Notes: generated by a model from the sequence alone, not told the origin. A stretch of 64,000 nt of DNA from Obrimoposthia wandeli (GCA_977020255.1 CDROCS010005826.1:62001-126000); one strand, 5' to 3'. Numbered from the stretch's first letter, positions 10,757-21,480 are shown. Numbers and translations: made by a program.

Positions 10757-12513
10757 ATGCCATTCTACAACAACGTTGACCTAGACGAAGAGATGGAGGT
10801 TCAACTCTATGGGGATCTCTCTCCAGTGCAGCAGCAAACGCCACCACCGTCGCAATACATTGACTCATCGGTGGTGAGCGAAGGAGAAGCAGCAGCAAGA
10901 GCGGACCTGTTGGAAGAAGAAGCCTCATTGGCCAGCTCAACTCCAAGAGAAGAACCAATGGACGCGAGAGGCGGGGTACAGAGATCCCAATATATTGACC
11001 TGACTAGTCAGGATTCGATTGAGAATTGGGAAGACTGTACTCCCAAGCCAAACATAGAAGCTGTTCGTCCAGCAACTTCGGCAGTAGCAGCAAGGAGATC
11101 CTGGCCATGGAAATTGATCCCGCTGTCTCAGCCGGAGAAAGTCCTCGCACCAGACTCAGACGAGGAGCTGTTCACCGATGATGTACCGTCGGATGGGGAG
11201 GAGGACTTGACTCCATTCACCGACGAATGGATACAGCCAAGTATCGGAGCCCCAGGAGCCAACAATTCGATGGTTGCAGAATTGGACGAGGACGAGTGGC
11301 ACCTGCTCACCGACGACTGGATGGTCTCACTCCCTCTGCTACTCTGAAAGCAGATAATACAACGCCTGAACCATTCAAAAGGCCGAAATCTCCTGTTAGG
11401 AGAATAAAAGCGACGAATGAGGTTAGACATCATTTATTTTAAATCTTTTTTAATTTCATTTTCAGAAACTTCAACTGGATTTGGCACCGTCTGTGACCAC
11501 GGTGGAGAGGCTCATAGAACCGCAGTACTTGGTGAGTCAATGCAGTCAGGAGCTGCCAAGGAGTGAGCTCCAATACCTAGTGTCTCCAGATAATGTTAAT
11601 GTAAATTATTTAGATACTAAATTTAATAATTCACATAGATGGAGAATATTCTCGAAGAGGCGACGCCTATTCAACCGGTGGATAGGAAGCAAGCGGCAGT
11701 TAAGAAATCGCATCGCCATCGGGTCAAAACCCACACTCTGAAGAAGGCCAAGTTGGTGAAACAGGCTAACCTGCCCGTCATTGAGGAAAATTATTTATAT
11801 GTTTAAATTTTATTAATATTTTGCAGGAACCCGTCCAGATATTTGAGGAGACTTGGGGAAAAATTACTCCTTTATCGCGGAAACGGACGAAGAGGGCAGA
11901 GGTGTAGAAGACGAGGCGCTCGAGAAAATGTAGCACCTCAATTGGCCATTATTCTGAGGCGGTGATTGGACGGCAGGAGATTCTCCCATCTCCAGTGGTA
12001 GACGGGCCAATTTTTTACGAGAGGATCCCAGTCTCACCGATCGAGATTAGTACGCCATCAAGTCAACGACGCCTGCAGAAGACATCACTGGCTTCTCCTC
12101 GTCCAACAACTAGCCAGAACTTAAAGAGGGCCTGGGATGAAGCTGGATTGGATGAATTCCTAGCGGAACTGGATACACCGGCAATGCTTCCAGATTCGTG
12201 AGGGCAACAGGATGCCGTCTCACGCCAGCTTCAGCGTGAGAAGGAGGAGAAACAGAAGAAAGCTCCGCGGAAGAGGAAGGCTACTGCTTCTATGTCAGGG
12301 CCATCAACATCGGCTGCACCTCCTCCCAAAACGTTGTGGCAACTATTGTCAAAACCTGAGGGAAGGACAATTGCTACAAAAGAACCGGTGAAGGCAAAAA
12401 GGAAACCGGGCCGGCCAAAGAAGAAGGAACCAGTACCGCTTTCTCCAATAATACTTAGTCGGAGGGATTTCGATCCGGATGATCCCAATGATGACACTCG
12501 TAAAGATATTTAA
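10757..12513 (+). pseudogene. Spliced Polinton accessory gene: acidic Trp-rich N-half, basic AT-hook C-half (about 530 aa)
   Basis: TATATAAAG at about 10715. In-frame exons 10757-11421, 11466-11600, 11639-11785 and 11827-12513 are separated by 44, 38 and 41 nt AT-rich introns (third donor mutated to GA). One frameshift (about 11320), two stops, and a KRKPGRPKKK motif. Confidence 0.65.
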
Positions 12514-12755
12514 GAATATAATTTATAAAAATTAATTTCATATGTTTTCTTCTTAATATTTATTTTTTTAAAAATTTTAAATTTAGAAATACTATCTTTA
12601 AGTTTATTAGGTTTATTAGGTTTATTTGCAATGATAAGTTATAGATTTATTAAACTCTCATTTGATAAATAAAAATATATCATTTAATTGGATTAAAAAA
12701 TATCTTAAATTTATATATATAGGTTCAAATTTATTAACCTCTTCATAATTAAAAA

Positions 12756-13073
12756 ATGGAATTCATTAAAATGAAGAGTCTGGTAAGAAAGATTGAAGCA
12801 AACATCAGAATAAATTAGAAGAAAGGGGACTTAAGAAAGAGGGTCCTCAATCAAAATTTGTATACTGCTGTCGCGACCGAGTGGAATCATCGGGTGGAGA
12901 CACAGGATAGGAGGCTAGCAGAACGCCGTCGAATCGTGGAGTGGAATAAGAAGATCGAATTGGAAAAAAGGAAGATGGATGAAAAAAGAAGAGAAGAGAT
13001 GGAGGATGATCGTCGAGCAGCAAGAAAGATAATCCTCCAGATTAAACCGGAAGAGGGTTTCATAAATTTTTGA
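12756..13073 (+). pseudogene. Small charged coiled-coil protein (copy 1, premature stop)
   Basis: Homologous to intact 26584..26904; TAG at codon 21. Confidence 0.7.
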
Positions 13074-13208
13074 TTATTATTTTGTCTTTATTGATTATGT
13101 TACATAGGAGAATTGACAATATATACCAATCTTAACATGAAAGTACTTTTTTATTTTAATAAATTTTTTCGTTATATACAACGGGATTTGCTGCAAATTT
13201 AGATAATT

Positions 13209-13696
13209 ATGCAGGAATATATTATAGATTTTGAGGCTTTCATTAACAAAAATGGTGATTATATTATAAAAGAATTATGTATTATAGATGTATGCGACGT
13301 TTTTCATCCTTTGCATTTCATATTTCAAATATATATCCCATTTAAAAGTTTAGATTATAAGAAATAATTTACTAATTTATATCTAACTAAATATTTTCAT
13401 TTATTAAAATGGAAAGAAGGACATAAGGCTTTTTGTGAAATATGTATTTTCGATACAATAACATCTAATTTTGATATAGAAAATGAATTTTTTATGTTTT
13501 AGATGAAATGGAAGGCAAAAAGTATAAGACTTTAAAAAAATATTTTCCCAAATTGAGATTGAATACTTTAAATATTTCACGTGATCATCTATTAAAAATT
13601 CCACGAAATATTTGCTGTCCATATCGTAATCATGGTGACCATTGCGCATATAAAAAATGTTTAAGTCTTTCTTATTATTACTTGACATGTAGATAA
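13209..13696 (+). pseudogene. DEDD-exonuclease/MAEL-like protein (copy 1, frameshifted)
   Basis: Homologous to intact 25949..26437; frameshift near 13505. Confidence 0.7.
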
Positions 13697-13896
13697 ACAA
13701 TTCTTCTAATTCATAATTTTCATTCAATTAGAATTAAATCTTTTGATTGGAGGAATAAAAAATATTTTTTTCGACCATTTAACAGATAAACAATCATTCT
13801 CAATTTTTTTAATCCAATAGGAAAAGAGCATGTGTGCATAAATTTTAGTATATAAGCAAACACTTTCTTCATTAAAATCCCCGACATTTTGAAATA

Positions 13897-16800
13897 ATGA
13901 CTATGGTAAGAATCTATACTTATTATTTCCTTATTAATATTTATTATTTCAGATTACTTGTATCCTGTTTCCAGCATATTGTGGTGCTTCGGCTCCGCAT
14001 GGAGGAGAGACCTGTATGGAGATAATGTCCGCCTACTATCGGACAAAGTCTCGTGGGCTTCACTTCTTCGTCTGCCCCTTCTGCAGAACAATGGAGGAGA
14101 AGGAGTTTCGAGACTTCTTCGGTGAACATCGAGCTCATCTATCCTGTTTCACTGCCAACAACAAGAAGAGGGATATCGTGCAATTGGTACGCGATTCGCA
14201 GGCTGCACCTGCTCCAATTCCAGTTGCAGTCGATCAACCCGTTTACGGTCCTGCGATTGGTCTCCCGACTCCTGATTCTTTCCCATCCACTCAAATGACT
14301 AACAATGAGTGGATGAATGACATATCCCAGTCAGATTTCGAGATAGAGCAGTGGAGCGATAACTCATGGTTGGAGACCATCGAGGAATCCAATTTCGTCG
14401 AGATAACGGACGACAGCTGGATGGATTCCATCAATGAAGAGGACTTCATTCCAGCTCCAGTTGGATTGCCTTCATTAAGTATTTTTTATTATTATTTTTT
14501 AAAATTATATATATTATTGTAATTATATATATTTTATTTTTATTTTTTATTCAGGAAATACTGTGATACAATCGTCATCCGCTACGATAGCTATGCCTCC
14601 TCCATCGCGAGTGCCTACATCGATGTTAGCACGCCTGAGAGGTAATAATTTTTAAAAATATATTTATTTTTTCATATATTTATTTCAGCAGCATCATGTT
14701 CTACAACAGCCGCTTCTTCATCGGCAAGGTCAGCTTCTACCATGCCTACTCCAACTTCAAATGCAGCCTCTACAACTGCCACTGTCTCATCATCTGCGGC
14801 AGCATCTATTACAGTAGCATCATCTACACCAGCTGCGATTGCCTCAACATCGGCAGCATCACCAATAGCAGCACCTTCAATCTCAGCTGCGTTTGTGTCA
14901 ACTGTTAATATAAATAGTTGTCTTCCCGTTCAATTAGGGGGAGGTTTGTCAGCGACTGTAGGAAGCAAGAGGCGAGACCAATTTCTTAATAAGGTCCCAC
15001 CCAAAAAACGTAGAGAAAACGGTGCTACTATAGAGTATCACCTAAATAATAAATATGTTATAGTTAAGGTGCCATTAGGAAATGAAATTTTATTAAACGT
15101 AGGTGTAGATTCAAATATTGAAAATCTTTTAAAATCAGAAGTGACTAAATTAGGACAGGCTAAGTTTAAATTTTGTGCAACAGTGCAGTTTAAAAATGTC
15201 AATGAGGAGTCTAAAACTTGGGTAATTTCACATAAAGCAACTGTTTTCTATGATAATTTTGTAACTGAAATTGGAAGAAACCTAGATGAAAAAATTGCTA
15301 ATTATAGCGAGTTAAGTAGTGGATGGAATCTAGTTAGAATTCACGATGTTAGCTTTGTTCTAACAAAGTTCACTGACATGATATATCTTTCGGGGAGTTC
15401 ATACATTCCTTCACCTAGATCTCTTCAACTTTCACGTTCCATTGTTAACATACAAAACAGTGATAACCTTTGCTTTCCGTATAGCGTGTTGACCATCCTC
15501 AAAAGGGGTGTAATTACTGAACATAGAGAGCGTGTCAGTAAATATACCCCTTTTTTAAATGAATTGCAGTATCATGGAATAGATTTTCCTGTTAAATTAA
15601 CTGCGATATCAAGATTTGAACACCTTAATAACTTGAGTATTAATGTATTCAAATATAATACTGATATTCCAGTTAATGTAACAGATGAAGAAATATTTAA
15701 AAATCCTTTTGTAGATGTAATTTATAGGAGCAAAAATGAGGGGACTCAGGTCAACTTAATTTTGCTCGAACAGAATAATAAATTCCATTATGCTGCAATT
15801 CCCAGTTTAGATCGTCTTCCAAATTTAGATAATGGAGCCTTACCGGTTATGATAAGGTGTAAGTGGTGTCATATATGTTTGCATGGATTCCGATCCGAGC
15901 TCTCTTACAGCAAACATCTGACATTATGTTCACTGAATCCTGATGACAATACGCTAAACAGCATGCCTAAGGATAAGGATTTAAAATTCATGGATTGGGC
16001 AAAATGCATACCCGTGGAATTCAGGGTGTATGCAGATTTTGAGTCAATTTTAGCATTGCACGACCAGTATGAGAGTATTCACCTACCGGCTTCGGCAGGA
16101 CTACTATTCTTAGGCCTCAATATTACCCATTATCATAAATTTTTTGGTCCAAATTGTATTTTAGATTTTATGTTAAAATTAGAGGAATTAGGAACAACAA
16201 TTGTCAAACCGTGGTATGATCTCAATGCTCATCAAGCAATGATCATGACAGGCATAGACTGGGTTAATTTTAATTCTTGTAGATTATGTTATTTGTGTGG
16301 AACCCAGTCTAAGTTAGTCAGAGATCACGATCATGTTACGGGGCGATATTTGGGAGCGGCGTGCAACCTCTGTAACCTTGGCCGTCGTCTCCCTAAAAAA
16401 CCACGAATTCCCATCGTGTTTCATAACCTCAAAGGATATGATTTGCATCATATACTTAAATTTGCTTTCGGTACATTAAGCTCTTGAGAAATTTCATGTA
16501 TACCTCAAACTTCAGAGAAATATTTATCTTTAACTGCATATACTGAATTCTGTAGTTTAAGATTCATTGATTCTCTGCAGTTTTTGAGCGGGTCTTTAAA
16601 AAATTTAACGGCATCTTTAAATGCATGGCCAATCACACAGTCAGTGTTCTCAGCTTCGGTTAACGATAAGGGGATTTTTCCGTATAAATTTGCAAAAACC
16701 TTTGCAGATTTAGAAAATACTACAGAAATCAACCCCCATAACTGAATTTGAGGGTGTAAGTCTTCAAGACTATAATGAGGCCCGTACATTATGGGCGAAT

Positions 16801-17628
16801 AATTGTCGAAATCTTCTTGAATATATGCTTTATTATATGAAGTTAGACATTTATCTTTTAGCTGATGTTTTTGAGTCCTTTCGTGTAAAGTCTTTAGCAG
16901 AAGATGGGCTAGATCCCATGCATTTCTTTAGTTTACCTGGTCTTTCATGGGCAACAGCAATAAAAACTCTTAAAATTAATATTGAGTTACTGCAAGATCC
17001 CGCGATGTATCAAATGTATGATGATGGTATACGCGGTGGAATGACTTTTGTCAACAAACATCATGTTGTCAAAAATCAATCCACGGAGATTCTGTAAATC
17101 GACATTAATAATTTGTATGGGTGGGCGCTTACTCAACCTCTACCTCATGCCAACTTTAAGTGGGTTTATGATGAGGAAGAGTTGAATAAGTTGATGACAG
17201 ATTTGGCTACTGTCGATACAGTTTCATCAGACATCGGCTATTTGGTTGAGGTTGACTTAACAATCCCTTCCAATGTGCATGATAAATTAGATGATCTTTC
17301 AGTAGCGCCTGTTCATCAATGCCCACCTAATTCAAAGGCTAAGAAATTATTGTTAACCCATGAAGACAAGTTGAATTATGTTGTGCATTGGCGGCTTCTT
17401 CAATTCTACTTAAAGTTGGGAGCGAAAGTTACTCGAATTCATCGTGCTATAAGCTTCAGTCAAAACTTTGTGTTTAAGGACTATATTGAGAAGAATTCTA
17501 GAAAACGTAATTTGGCCACTAGCAAATTCGATCGAGATTTTTACAAGTTAAAAAGTAATAGCCTCTTTGGAAAAACTGTAGAGGACTTGCGGAAACGTAT
17601 TTGTCTACGTTTTGCAATGATGAGCGTA
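13897..17628 (+). pseudogene. polB: Protein-primed family B DNA polymerase, four exons (13897-13905, 13953-14478, 14555-14641, 14689-17628), truncated by insertion
   Basis: Motifs: ExoI VYADFES, ExoII FHNLKGYD, ExoIII YMKLDIYLLADVFESFR, motif A IDINNLYGWAL, motif B KLKSNSLFGK. Also vOTU-like DNLCF...HY and EndoVII-like VRDHDHVTG. GT-AG introns keep the frame; stops at 16485 and 17095 and a frameshift at about 16730. Confidence 0.92.
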
Positions 17629-17932
17629 AGTAGGTGGATGTGTCCGGTCTAATCCACACCCCCTCCCCCCTTGTCCTTTAAAACCGTGCATGTGTGTGGA
17701 GTGAAATTTCATGTAGGTGTGTGGAGTGAAATTTCGTGTATGTGTGTCTCCATTCCACCCAAAGGGGGAAGGAAGGGGGTTCCCCCCTACTGTCCTTTAA
17801 AACCGAGCATGTGTGTGGAGTGAAAATTCGTGCATGTGTGTAAAGTGAAATTTCGTGTAGGTGTGTGGAGTGAAATTTCGTGTATGTGTGTCTTCATCCC
17901 ACCCAAAGGGGGAAGGAAGAGGGGTACCCCCC
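17629..17932 (+). repeat. TIR plus subterminal 25-bp tandem units (TGTGTGGAGTGAAATTTCGTGTAGG) in a duplicated block
   Basis: Block with 2 units (about 17672-17788) followed by a block with 3 units (about 17791-17932), each ending CCACCCAAAGGGGGAAGGAAG. Confidence 0.85.
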
Positions 17933-18192
17933 ACCATATTTGTTAAACTTTTACCATGAATCTCAAAAGTTCTTAGAGAAGACCACGAGAATCCATATTG
18001 ACCCCGGCGGCTTTTCGCAGACGAGATTTCAAATATTACTACTATTTTTAAGAAAGATTTTAGATTAATAAATTACTACATGTTAAATATCTATGTCAGT
18101 TTTAGAATTTATAGGAGAAAAATCGGTCAAATCTATATAATTTAGAGGAGCAAAAACAAAATACGAGTCAAAATTATTTTTCAAAATATTTA

Positions 18193-18598
18193 TTAAACAT
18201 AAAACAACATATTGGCTTCACTCAAAGTCCAGAGAGGCTGCATTTTCCTGTCATCAGCAAAATATCCATTGAGACGTATTGAGATATTCCATAGTTCTTC
18301 ATCTAGAATTGGAGCAATCAAATATCCTAGATCATCTTTAAAATCCAGACAGGGATCAGTTTCAAGCTGGAAACAATTTCTTTCATATACATAATCAGGA
18401 ATGTAAAATCCCAAAATATTTTTCAATTGATCAATATCAGGTATTGTTAAAATTTCGATAAGATATTTATTCTGCACTTTTGATATTTTCACAGGATTCA
18501 TCACTCGTATAATTTGATGCCTCTTTAATATATTACATAGTTTTCCTTTAGAAATTCTTTCTGGATAATAAAAATTTGCTACACATCTCTTATCCATT
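18193..18598 (-). CDS. Paralogue 1 of an uncharacterised Polinton family (possible OB-fold/SSB)
   Basis: Intact ORF (likely start MDKRC after a TTTTAG acceptor-like site); aligns with 18733..19209 and 55..461. Confidence 0.7.
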
Positions 18599-18732
18599 CT
18601 AAAATAAGGAAACTGATTAAAAACAATGTTTATAAAAAAATACATATAAGATACAAATAAGATACAAATAAAACTGATTATTAAATGAAAGAAACATAGT
18701 AAGACCGATTACAATTTATTACACGCAAAAAG

Positions 18733-19209
18733 TTAAAACATAGAAATATGAGCACGTTCAATTTTCCACATAGGCAACTTTGTTCCCATTTCATCTTTCT
18801 TGTAACCATAAAGTCGAATTGTGAGAGTCCATTGCTTCTTTTTCGGAAACGCATCAATATCAACATATCTTCCATAGTCATCTAAAAATGCTTCATCGGC
18901 TCCTCGGATATAAAATTCGTTCTTATTGAAAGTAAAATTTGGAACTGCCTTTTCTATTTTCTGTTTAAGATATTGAAAATCAGGTTTTTGTATACCTGAT
19001 AGATAGTAGCTGAACTTTCTTCTTTCAATTGTCACAGGATTTACTAAAGCAATCAGTTGAGCCTTCTTCAAGAATCTGACTTTGTATTTGAAATATTGTT
19101 TCACTTCTTCATACATATCCTTATCCGATTCTTCAAACATTTCTTCGTCATCGCTTAATACCCGTTGGCTATCGTCCATCGTTGATAATTGTCTTTGATA
19201 TGAATGCAT
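18733..19209 (-). CDS. Paralogue 2 of the same family, with an acidic N-terminus
   Basis: Intact 158-aa ORF; TATAAAAG about 33 nt upstream of CAGT, just before the ATG. Confidence 0.75.
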   Translation of the reverse strand: MHSYQRQLSTMDDSQRVLSDDEEMFEESDKDMYEEVKQYFKYKVRFLKKAQLIALVNPVTIERRKFSYYLSGIQKPDFQYLKQKIEKAVPNFTFNKNEFYIRGADEAFLDDYGRYVDIDAFPKKKQWTLTIRLYGYKKDEMGTKLPMWKIERAHISMF

Positions 19210-19458
19210 TTACTGTGATTTGTCCTCCAATGGCGCATTCTTTTATACTAATTGCTAACAAAGACATGAATCTCATTGGTTAATATAACTAAAGCATTGA
19301 ATTTGATTGGACTAAATCTATATTAAAAATCAAAATTGATTGGAAGAAATATATCATCCAATTATAATAGGTTTGCAAGATAATTACAAGAAACGTGCAA
19401 TAAAAAAGCAGGTTCAGACATATATAAAGAAGATTTTACAGAATACAATTTCAGTCTA
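19210..19458. promoter_or_regulatory. Divergent Pol II promoter region
   Basis: TATATAAAG at 19421 with TCAGT at 19451 on +; TATAAAAG with CAGT on minus; several ATTGG/CCAAT boxes between them. Confidence 0.55.
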
Positions 19459-19958
19459 ATGAAACTCGTAAATATAAATTATAAAGGTAGAACAGAAGAT
19501 GATGTTTCGTACTTACCATTCAATGAATGGAAGCCGAGACAATATGTAGAAAAGTTTGACAATTTCACAGTTGTTATTTTTCCTACAGGTTAGTTTTTTA
19601 TTTTATTTTCATATTGAATTCTTTAGGAAATTGTCGTGTTATGGGATGCAAAATACCAATGCTTGGGTTCAATTTACCATTTAGAATTCAAATCACTGCA
19701 ATACAATCAATCACGATTTCGGCTAATCTCGGGAAACAGATAAATCTTTTTAAAACCGCAGAGAAAATGAAAGAAGAATGCATGTTTGAACCAGAAATTT
19801 TTCCTGCTCTCAGTTATTTGAAGTTTAAACCGCTATGTGTAAATATATTTTCCAGTGGTAAAGTTATGATATTGGGATTGAAAAATTTTGATTATCCAGA
19901 CATAGTTGATTTGATTTTAGAAAATATATCTTATTACATCTTGTTATCTTTTCTATAA
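19459..19958 (+). CDS. TATA-binding-protein-like protein, join(19459..19588,19627..19958)
   Basis: A 38-nt phase-1 GT-AG intron restores the frame. Two TBP-like repeats: VIFPTGNCRVMGCK and IQSITISANLG...FEPEIFPALSY...VNIFSSGKVMILGLK. Confidence 0.85.
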
Positions 19959-19986
19959 ACAAACCCGTTTAAACTTATTGTTTTGA

Positions 19987-20259
19987 ATGAATAATACTAT
20001 AAATAGAGACAATGAAGTGGATCGGCTTGCCGATGAAATATTTTCTGGAAAAATAAGGGGTAAAGAAATTTTATCAGAATTAAAAAATAATGATATAACA
20101 AGAAATAACATTGAAATATTGGTTAGATCACACGTTATTCGAGAATTTAGAAATCGTACACAAATAAATAAAATTATAGTCAAATATTCATTAATTAATT
20201 TTTGTATTTCATCTACAATAGCTCTAACATTGTACATTTCAACAAGGAAACTTCTATGA
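19987..20259 (+). CDS. Small protein with C-terminal hydrophobic helix
   Basis: Intact 90-aa ORF in the gene array; C-terminal remnant also at about 735-800. Confidence 0.55.
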   Translation: MNNTINRDNEVDRLADEIFSGKIRGKEILSELKNNDITRNNIEILVRSHVIREFRNRTQINKIIVKYSLINFCISSTIALTLYISTRKLL

Positions 20260-20296
20260 TAATATAAACAATATTAAAAATGAAAGAGTATATGCA

Positions 20297-20944
20297 ATGG
20301 AGCTAAATAATAATGCTGCATTTCAAATAGTTGGCCCAAGTGGAAGTGGAAAGACACATTTCGTCTGTAAATTGTTGCAAAATGAATCTCTTTTCAAATC
20401 TAGTTTCAAAAATATTTATTGGCATCATGGTGGAGGAGGGGAAAGCGGGTTAACCAAAACAAAAGTTTGCAAGTTGAAGGGTATAAAATTTATTGAAGGA
20501 TTTGATGGAAATTGGTGTGAAAGATTGAAAAAAGAAGATGTAATAATAATTGATGATTTGTATGAGGAGGCTAACAAGGAATCAAACTTTAATAATTTAT
20601 TTACAAAGATTGCAAGACATCGTGAAGTAACAGTTATATTTATCACTCAAAATCTGTTTCACCAAGGAGGTCACCATAGAACAAGAAATCTTAATGTACA
20701 TTACTTAGTTTTATTTAAAAATCCTAGAGATCAAACAGTTGTTGATTTTATGGCCAGACAGGCATTTCCTCAAAATAAGAACTTCCTAGTTAATTCATTC
20801 CACGATGCTGCTAAACAAGCACATGGGTATATATTTATTGACTTTACACAAGCTTGCCCAGATGATTTACGTGTTTTAACATACATATTTAATTCTAAGG
20901 GAGTAACTATTTATAAACAAATAGAGAACAATTATAAAAAATAA
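20297..20944 (+). CDS. FtsK/A32-like DNA packaging ATPase
   Basis: GPSGSGKT Walker A, IIIDDL Walker B, RH...ITQNLF and LFKNPRD motifs. Confidence 0.95.
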   Translation: MELNNNAAFQIVGPSGSGKTHFVCKLLQNESLFKSSFKNIYWHHGGGGESGLTKTKVCKLKGIKFIEGFDGNWCERLKKEDVIIIDDLYEEANKESNFNNLFTKIARHREVTVIFITQNLFHQGGHHRTRNLNVHYLVLFKNPRDQTVVDFMARQAFPQNKNFLVNSFHDAAKQAHGYIFIDFTQACPDDLRVLTYIFNSKGVTIYKQIENNYKK

Positions 20945-20951
20945 TTTCGCA

Positions 20952-21091
20952 ATGCCTTTTACAAAGTTGATAGTAAAACGTAAAGTAAATCTAAGAAATC
21001 AAAAAAAAGAATCATTAAGAAAAAAGAAGTGAAAAAATTAATCAAATCTGTAGTTAAAAATAAAAAAAAACTTAAATGGCTTCGAATATAA
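20952..21091 (+). pseudogene. Small Lys-rich core-protein-like ORF (frameshifted)
   Basis: Very basic; the KWLRI* end is conserved at about 1430-1460 and 63575-63620. Confidence 0.5.
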
Positions 21092-21122
21092 ACAATATTT
21101 AAATTGAACCTTTTTTATTAAA

Positions 21123-21452
21123 ATGAAGATAATACAAAGAAGCATACCCTATTTTAAAGCTTTAGTCAAAGCCTCTTCTCATAAGAGAATGATTATTCTT
21201 AAAGCATTTCCATCCTTTGTTGTAGATGATTTATTGGAAGTTTTGTATAATATAGTTTTGGGTCGAGTAAAAGTTGGAAATCGGAAAAATATATTAAAGA
21301 AATATAGAAAAACTCTTCTAGATATTGCTAATGTAAAAAGTAAAAAAAGGAAACGAAATATTATTCTTAAACAGAATGGTGGTTTCATAGGGGCTGTTAT
21401 TCCAGTTGTTGCTTCAATTATCAGTAGTATTATAGCTGCGACACGTTCATAA
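21123..21452 (+). CDS. Adenovirus pX-like core protein precursor
   Basis: Basic body then QNGG|FIGAVIPVVASII, resembling adenoviral pX xxGG|FLPALIPIIAAAI; conserved in three copies. Confidence 0.7.
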   Translation: MKIIQRSIPYFKALVKASSHKRMIILKAFPSFVVDDLLEVLYNIVLGRVKVGNRKNILKKYRKTLLDIANVKSKKRKRNIILKQNGGFIGAVIPVVASIISSIIAATRS

Positions 21453-21480
21453 ACAATTATTTCTAAAATCAGCTAAAGAT

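Noticed and set aside
17671-17932. CRISPR-like repeat array
   Set aside because: The 25-bp units are head-to-tail with no unique spacers, sit in a Polinton terminus, and there are no cas genes in this eukaryotic context.
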